Shown here in pieces: positions 54,502 to 64,000 of a stretch of DNA of 64,000 bases (positions are counted from its first letter, which is position 1; every line of letters begins with the position of its first letter). This stretch comes from Octopus vulgaris (Eukaryota): NCBI GenBank assembly GCA_951406725.2, contig OX597830.1, positions 15,438,001 to 15,502,000 of the forward strand, given 5' to 3'. The notes beneath the pieces were generated by a model, which ran no database searches, was not told the origin of the DNA, and saw only the letters and a program-made list of their open reading frames with translations. Made by a program: the position numbers and the translations under genes.

Positions 54502-54920
54502 CTATTTCTTTACTGCCCACAAGGGGTTAAACACAGAGAGGACAAACAAGGACAGACAAACGGATTAAGTCGATTATATCGACCCCAGTGCATAACTGGT
54601 ACTCATTTAATCGACCCCGAAAAGATGAAAGGCAATGTCGACCTCGGTGGAATTTGAACTCACAACGTTGCGGCAGACGAAATACCTATTTCTTTACTAC
54701 CCAAAAGGGCTACACAGAGAGAGAGGACAAACAAGGACAGACAAACGGATTAAGTCGATTACATCGACCCCAGTGCATAACTGGTACTTAATTTATAGAC
54801 CCCGAAAGGATGAAAGGCAAAGTCGACCTCGGCGGAGTTTGGACTCAGAACGTAACGGCAGACGAAATACTGCTAAGCATTTCGCCCGGCGCGCTAACGT
54901 TTCTGCCAGGTCGTCGCCCT
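54502..54920 (-). mobile_element. SINE family B, 2 units, 14-bp TSD
   Basis: ttgt(c/t)ctggcatac at 54488-54501 and 54922-54935. Confidence 0.9.
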
Positions 54921-55066
54921 TTTGTTCTGGCATACTGAGAGATAAACGAACTTACAAAAAAGTGATGGAAAGTGCCGTGAATAACAAGCACCGATTTTCA
55001 TTATTTGCATATCATTGCATTCGTTGTTCTGATACGTGTGTGTAGATAAATTCTATATTTACCTAC

Positions 55067-55278
55067 TCTTTTACTTGTTTCAGTCATTTGACTGCGGCCA
55101 TGCTGGAGCACCGCCTTTAATCGAGCAACTCGATCCCGGGACTTTATTCTTTGTAATCCCAGTACTTATTCTATCGGTTGCTTTTGGCCGAACCGCTATG
55201 TTACGGGGACGGAAACACACCAGCATCGGTTGTCAAGCGATGTTGGAGGGGCAAACGCAGACATACAAACATACACAA

Positions 55279-55367
<89 letters not shown>

Positions 55368-55532
55368 TACGATGGGCTTCTTTCAGTTTCCGTCTACCAA
55401 ATCCACTCACAAGGCTTTGGTCGGCCCGAGGCTATAGTAGAAGACACTTACCCAAGGCGCCATGCAGTGGGACTGAACCCGGAACTATGTGGTTGGTAAG
55501 CAAGCTACTTACCACATAGCCACTCCTGCGCC
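55067..55532 (-). mobile_element. SINE family A, full length
   Basis: Colinear with other copies. Confidence 0.92.
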
Positions 55533-55763
55533 CATGCTTTTAGTTAGTAAGTATATATACGTTAAACTTCTCCGTTTAACAAGAGGTTTTTGTTTGCACA
55601 GCGAGGCGAAATTTATGTTCTTTTAAGCTACTTAGGGTAAGTTACTTAAGTAAATTTGCTTACGAATTACTGCATACGTGATGTGGCAGTACTATTGTAT
55701 ACACACACACACACACTGACACAGACACACACACACACATACGTATGCATACATACACGCATG

Positions 55764-56176
55764 GGATCTTTTCAGTTTGAACGGCAGTTTTTTGTGGCGG
55801 TGTCATATGAGATTGTCTCCCATAATTATGACCCTAGAATCGATCTATTGCATTTCAATCTGTTTTAGGGTTAGGGTTAGGGGTGGGTGGGAGGGAATCT
55901 TTTTTCTTCACAAATGTAAATAAACTCAAACTGTTTCTTAAACGAGGGACATATTCATACGGCACAGAATGTTGTTTATCTCAATAGACGTCACTGATTG
56001 GTTGAAATTGCAGAAATTGAAGAGAAAAACATCAAATATCTTACAAACTATAGAATTTTCTCAATAAAGCCAAGAGAAAAAGATGTTTTATAAACACATT
56101 CTACCAGTATACGAAGTTTAAAATTTTTTAGTTACCTAGGAATTGTTAAAAACTGCCGTTCAAACCGCAAAGATCC
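55764..56176. mobile_element. MITE with internal (TTAGGG)n and 8-bp TSD
   Basis: TSD cacgcatg at 55756-55763 and 56177-56184; TIRs as in 19837-20261. Confidence 0.9.
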
Positions 56177-56204
56177 CACGCATGTATACATATATATTTG
56201 AATT

Positions 56205-56965
56205 TTTTGCTTCAGTCATTTGACTGCGGCCATGCTGGAGCACTGCCTTTAGTCAAACAAATCGACACCAGGTCTTATTGTTTGTAAGCCTAGTACTTAT
56301 TTTATATCGGCCTATTTGGCCAAACCGCAAAGTTATGGGGACATAAACACACCAACATTGGTTATCAAGCCACTGTGGGGGGACAAACATAAACACACAA
56401 ACATATACATATAAGGGCTCTTTCAGTTCCAGTGTACAAAATCCACTCACAAGGTTTTGGTCGGCCCGAGGCTATAGTTGAGACACTTGCCCAAGGTTCC
56501 ACGCAGTAGGACTGAACCCGGAACCATGTGGGTGGTTAGCAACTCTTGCGCCTGTATATATTCTTTTATTCTTTTACTTGTTTCAGTCATTTGACTGCGG
56601 CCATGCTGGAGCATCGCCTTTAGTCGAACAAGTCGACTCCAGGACTTATTCTTTGTAAGCCTAGTATTTATTCTATCGGGCTCTTTTTGCCGAACCACTA
56701 AGTTACGGTTGTCATGCGGTGGTAGTGGTGGTGGGGATGACAAACGCACGACACACACACACATACACACACACGCACACACATTCACACACACACACAC
56801 AAATATATATATATACAACGACCTTCTTTCAGTTTCCGCCTACCAAATCCACTCGCAAAGTTTTGGTCGGCCCAAGGCTATAGTAGAAGGTGCAACGCAG
56901 TGAGATTGAACCTGGAACCATGTGGTTGAGAAGCAAGTTTCTTACCACACAGCCATGCCTGCACC
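56205..56965 (-). mobile_element. Two adjacent older family A SINEs
   Basis: Tails at ~56205 and ~56565. Confidence 0.82.
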
Positions 56966-56989
56966 TTCTTACCATACAGTCATGCTTGG

Positions 56990-57044
56990 CATGTATGTAT
57001 GTATTTGTATGTATGTATGCATGTATGTATGCATGCATGCATGC

Positions 57045-57077
<33 letters not shown>

Positions 57078-57375
57078 TGTATGTATGTATGTATGTATGC
57101 ATGCATATATGTATGCATGTATGTATGTATGTATGTATGTATGTATGTATTTGTATGTATGTATGCATGTATGTATGCATGCATGTATATATGTATGCAT
57201 GTATGCATGTATGTATGTATGTATGTATGTATGTATGTATGTATTTGTATGTATGTATGCATGCATGTATATATGTATGCATGTATGCATGTATGTATGT
57301 ATGTATGTATGTATGTATGTATGTGTGTATGCATGCATGTATGCATGTATGTATGTATGTATGTATGTATGTATG

Positions 57376-57405
<30 letters not shown>
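56990..57405. repeat. (TATG)n/(CATG)n microsatellite
   Basis: Direct inspection. Confidence 0.96.
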
Positions 57406-57406
<1 letters not shown>

Positions 57407-58014
57407 TTATTCAGTTTATTTCAAGATTTCTTGCCAATATAGGAAGAATCGGTTCCTAACCTAGATATTTAGGGTATATGAGAGTTTGTCGGCGAAACTT
57501 CGAAGTCCCAGTCGAATTTTCTAAAACGAATGAATAAATACCGTATACGTGCTTATAGGTGAATGCGTATGGTATATGATATGTGTGCATGTATCCATAT
57601 ACATCCTCTCTCTCTCCCTCTCTCTCTCTCTCCCTCTTTCTCCCGCTCTCTCTTTCTCCATCTTTTTATTCCACTCATCCAGTCGTTAACAAAGAAGCAA
57701 GGTCCTTTTGATTCAGTCGAGTTTGGAGATCTGTGGAATTGGTTAGTGTGCGCATGTGTGCGTGCAGACATGTGCATATACTTCCACTCATGTAGTTGGT
57801 ATTCATGTTACTTTAGTATACAAACATGTGGACTACATGACATTTTGGTAAGTGTGTGCCTGTGCGAAGAGCTAGGGGTGTGTCTGTGTGTGTGTGTATT
57901 CCATATGAACATGATATTGTTTATACATAACTATTTTTCTTTGGGAGCCTGAAACTGAGAACCCCTGAAATGTTTAACAAATTTTCGGCCTACTTTAAAT
58001 CGTGCGTAATAATA

Positions 58015-58460
58015 CTTGCATGGTCGGGTCGTCGGCGACTAAACCGGCAACCCCACCAAGCTTGCTGGTGAGGAGGGTGTTTATTGGACACCCTGCGGGA
58101 TGAAAAACAAAACCCGTCAAAGGGCAGACGAACTCTTGAGAGTCAACAGCCATCCAATAATCGGACTGGATACCCGATCGCGAAGGACTCCTAGCCTTTG
58201 TTAGGGCATCCTTCTAGGAGAAGGTAACTCAGGTAACTGGGATAACTCCGACATAAAACCTACGGCTCAGTGGTTACTGATGATGTTGACTTGTTCTTCT
58301 TTTCGGATTATGGCTGCTGTTGCTTAGTGAGTGGGATTGACAAAGTGCACAGCCTTTCCTCACTTTAAAAAAAAATCTTCTTGAACAGGCATTGCATGAT
58401 AACAACATTGATTAAGCTTCGTGCAATGGCCATACTCAATAACGAGGGGGCAGCCACCAT
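58015..58460 (+). mobile_element. Probable bipartite non-autonomous RTE derivative with (ATGT)n tail
   Basis: GC-richer block; tagggcatccttctaggagaaggtaactc resembles an RTE 5'UTR motif; the 3' end ccatactcaataacgagggggcagcc resembles an RTE tail hairpin (recalled similarity). Confidence 0.45.
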
Positions 58461-58556
58461 GTATGTATGTATGTATGTATGTATGTATGTATGTATGTAT
58501 GTAGGTATGTATGTAGGTATGTTTGCATGTTTGCATGTATGTATGCTTACGTCTAT

Positions 58557-59173
<617 letters not shown>

Positions 59174-59407
59174 AACGGGTATGTTTGCATATTAAGCATA
59201 CATGTATGTCTATACGCGTATGTATTGTATGTATGAATTTATATACGTGTGTATGTATGGTATGTATGTACATATAGTATGGCGTATTATGATAGGTATA
59301 TTACGTATGAATGTATATAAGTATATCATTTTATATACGCATGTCAGCCTGTGTATATCTATCAATAACATATATATATATACATTATGCATACATAAAT
59401 GTATGCT

Positions 59408-59451
<44 letters not shown>

Positions 59452-59470
59452 GTATGGGTTATTAATGGAT

Positions 59471-59863
59471 CTTTTTTACTTGTTTCAGGGATTAGACTGT
59501 GGCCATGCTGGAGCACCGCCTTAAAGGATTTTAGTCGAACGAATCGTCCCCAGGACTTACTTTTTTTCTTTTAAACCTGGTACTGATTTAAGTCGAACTG
59601 ATAAATTACGGGGACGTAAAAATACCAACACCGGTTGTCAAGCGGCGGTGGGGAACAAACACAGGTACAAAGACACACACACACACACACAGACATATGC
59701 GATAAACTTCTTTCAGTTTCCGTCTACCAAATCCATTCACAAGGTTTTGGTCAGCCCGAGGCTATAGTAGAAGACATTTGCCCAAGGTGCCACACAGTGG
59801 GACTGAACCCGGAACCATATGGTTGGGAAGCAAGCTTCTTACCCCAGAGCCACGCCTGCGCCT
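59471..59863 (-). mobile_element. Older family A SINE
   Basis: Colinear but diverged. Confidence 0.82.
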
Positions 59864-60771
59864 ATGTTGAGAAGTAGTCTGGCGCTCTAACGTTCTTGTA
59901 AAAGTGCTGCCTTCCCTCAAATTTGTAATAAGGTCAACCATTTGCAGAGAATAGTAACTATTACTCTTTTACTTGTTTCAGTCATTTGACTGCGGCCATG
60001 CTGGAGCACCGCCTTTTATTGGTTAGTTTTTCTCTGCAGTATGTGAATGGCTGGCACATATAAAATCTAGAGAGACAGAATTCAATGTCGACCCCAGCGG
60101 AACTTGAAGCCAATTGCTGGTTGACATTTAATCGAACGCATTTCTGTTTCTCTTCTCAGTTTTGTTGGTGTTGCTGTTGTTGTTGTTGTTGTCAGTATCG
60201 TACCTAGAAGTCTGTGCTGCCCGAGGGCGGTTCTCGAGATTATACTCCCCCACGGAAAACACAATACAAGTGGCGTATCTAGGATGCGTGCCCCCAGCCC
60301 ATTCACCCCTATACAGTAGAAGCAAGAATGCCGCCTCACAAAAGCGTCGCCCAGAGCCGACCGCCCCAATCGCACCACTCACCCCCAACGCTACCTAGCT
60401 TCAATATTAGTATAATACATAACGCGTCGCTCCCCCGAAAGTGCCGCCTGAGGCACACCGCCCCTGGTGCCCTTTTAGCTTTCTTTGCTGTTGTTGTTCA
60501 GCCTAAGTTCCAATCTGATCAATCCTACATCTGAGCGATGGCATACGGGCTGCAACCAGCTTGTATGTCATTTTTTTGTTTTTTTATACGTGTAGCATAT
60601 CCTGAACTTTGTCATCCAATATGTGTTTCTCATTACGAAGGAGGTTATTTAGCTGCTATTTTTACAAGATCTTACGGCCACGTAGTGTGCATCAGCTGGA
60701 GAAGGTTTGAAATTCGATTGAATAAATTCCACTTTACACAAATGTGTGTGTATGTACGTGTGTGTGTGTGT

Positions 60772-61367
<596 letters not shown>

Positions 61368-62272
61368 GCATATACGTGTGTGCGTGTGTTTGTATGTGTC
61401 TACGTGTCTTTGTGCTTTCTTCAGTCACTACTTTACAACCGTTATTAGTTTGTTTATATCCTCATCAATAGCAGTCTGACAAAAGAAACCGGTGGAATAT
61501 GTGCTGATCAACTTTACCCGTCCAATCATGGTCACAGTCCAATATCTAAAGCAAATACTTGTAATATAATAAGCACTAAACTTGAAATCAATGCCTTCCT
61601 CAGCGGGTAGTTAAAATAGAAGAGTTGTTGCTGGGTTTCAGCGGTGAGGCCAAAATAGGCCTGATATTCCTTGGTAGGATAAATGCTGCTCGGTACCACC
61701 GGAGATAGTTATACCGTCGAAAGGTGACGAAATCGCCGTGATTTCCAGTCGACGGCTGATGAAGAGGATGTTCTGCAGTACAAACTAGAGTTTGTAAAAT
61801 ATTGAATTCACTGACGTTGTTGACACTGACAAGATGCCAACAAAAGAACTGCTGTGCTTAAATATATATTATGGACATATACATGCAAATGCGTGGCTGT
61901 CTGAGTAATAAAGTTGTTTCGCAACCATGTGGTATCGGGTTTCAATCCCAATGCGCGGCACTTTGGGAAAGTATATTTTACAACACCCCTGGGCTGCCCA
62001 AAGTCTTGCGAGTCGATTTGGAAGACGGAAACTGAAATAAGCCCATCATATATGTATGTGCGTTTGCGCGCGCGCGCGCGTGTGTTTGTGTGTGTGTGTA
62101 ACTGTGCTTATGGATCTAAGTGCATGAATCTTTGTGTTTGACTCGCGCCATCACCTGACAACCAGTGTTGGTTTGTTCACGTCCTCATTACTTATTGGTT
62201 GAGCAAAAGACACTGATAGAATAAATAACAGACTTTAGAAAATAAGTATTGGGTCAATTTGTTCGACTAAAC

Positions 62273-62575
62273 TAATGGTTCAAAACCGGGGCGCATGTAA
62301 GACTTTTGGGGGCCCACATAAGCAAAATAGTAAATAGGGGATGCACAGTAGTATATTAAGGGTCCATGTTACTTTGGATGCATTTACTGCGAGAAACAGT
62401 AAGGTTTCTTTCGCTGACATTTTACATAATTTAGCTTACACCGGTTAATGAGTGTAAAACAAAATAGGTATTTTGAAAGGGGCATCAATAGAACTAGTAG
62501 AATGGCTATGGGGGTCCGCCAGAATAGAACCGTAATCAAAGGGGTCCATCAACAAAAAATGGTTGAAAATCACCG
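62273..62575. mobile_element. hAT (Charlie-like) MITE inserted in an old family A SINE (~61888-62640)
   Basis: Degenerate TIRs taatggttcaaaacc / ggttgaaaatcaccg, subterminal ggggtcc motifs, TSD-like gactaaac / ggtaaac; the SINE resumes at 62580. Confidence 0.65.
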
Positions 62576-62839
62576 GGTAAACCTTTGAAGACGGAGTTCC
62601 AGCATAGCCGCAGTCCAATGAATGAAACTAGTTAAAGATAAAAGGTATAACATGGGATATCCGTACATGCATAACCATACCTTGATGTATAGCGATAAAT
62701 CGTGTTTTAGCTTCGATCTCTGTTATGTTTTTTTAAGAAAAGATATATTAAATACTGTTGTCTTAAATCCAGTGTACCTGACAATAAATAGGCAGGAAGA
62801 GGCCATGCATACAAGCATGCAAGTATGCCTGCATGTATG

Positions 62840-63720
<881 letters not shown>

Positions 63721-64000
63721 GTCATATCCATATTCCGTTTCCCTCACATACGCACAATAATGAATTCAGTTATTGGCACGACCCCAGAACGTGTAGGGAA
63801 GGGAAGGGAAGGGATGGATATAAAGGGAGCTGCAATCGATTTGTGTGTATAACTAATACATATTTTATCGATCTTCAGTCTCGTTTGAACTCAGAACAAA
63901 GAGCCATTTCCTCCGACTATGTCCTACACAACTCCGACCACATAGCTTTCCTGACCGACACGGAAGCACACACACGCACACACACACACACACATGCACA

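Noticed and set aside
60268-60480. GC-rich island as promoter or exon
   Set aside because: Starts with agtggcgta and has repeated gccc motifs typical of decayed MITEs; no second TIR or splice/ORF support, so left uncalled.
61695-61775. Hammerhead around GAAATCGCCGTGATTT / CTGATGAAG (similar cases at 4045-4115 minus and 51935-51960)
   Set aside because: Core halves are in the wrong order or lack matching stems; possibly decayed relatives but not supportable.

Overview
AT-rich, repeat-saturated animal DNA. The SINE families and dense (TA)n/(TACA)n/(AGAT)n/(CA)n microsatellites match my recollection of Octopus (cephalopod) genomes; this is recognition, not a database result. No intact protein-coding gene is supported, and nearly all ORFs in the track are translated microsatellites or SINE bodies. 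The window holds four abundant tRNA-derived SINE families (labelled A-D here), several MITEs, a decayed hAT transposase, a decayed R4/Dong-like LINE RT, an RTE C-terminal fragment and a ~1.9-kb tandem duplication. The most notable signal is a set of short, mostly (TA)n-embedded, often fold-back elements carrying minimal type I hammerhead ribozyme motifs. These include one canonical core, a U3-A8 compensatory variant and an A6U variant found in two copies. Three related, diverged fold-back copies end in an indel-free 26-27 codon peptide (MTxxxxxxICFNTxxHIKNLAxQIxK). I interpret these as Penelope-like retroelement terminal repeats or non-autonomous derivatives. All alignments and folds were done by eye, so boundaries are approximate unless a TSD or TIR is quoted.
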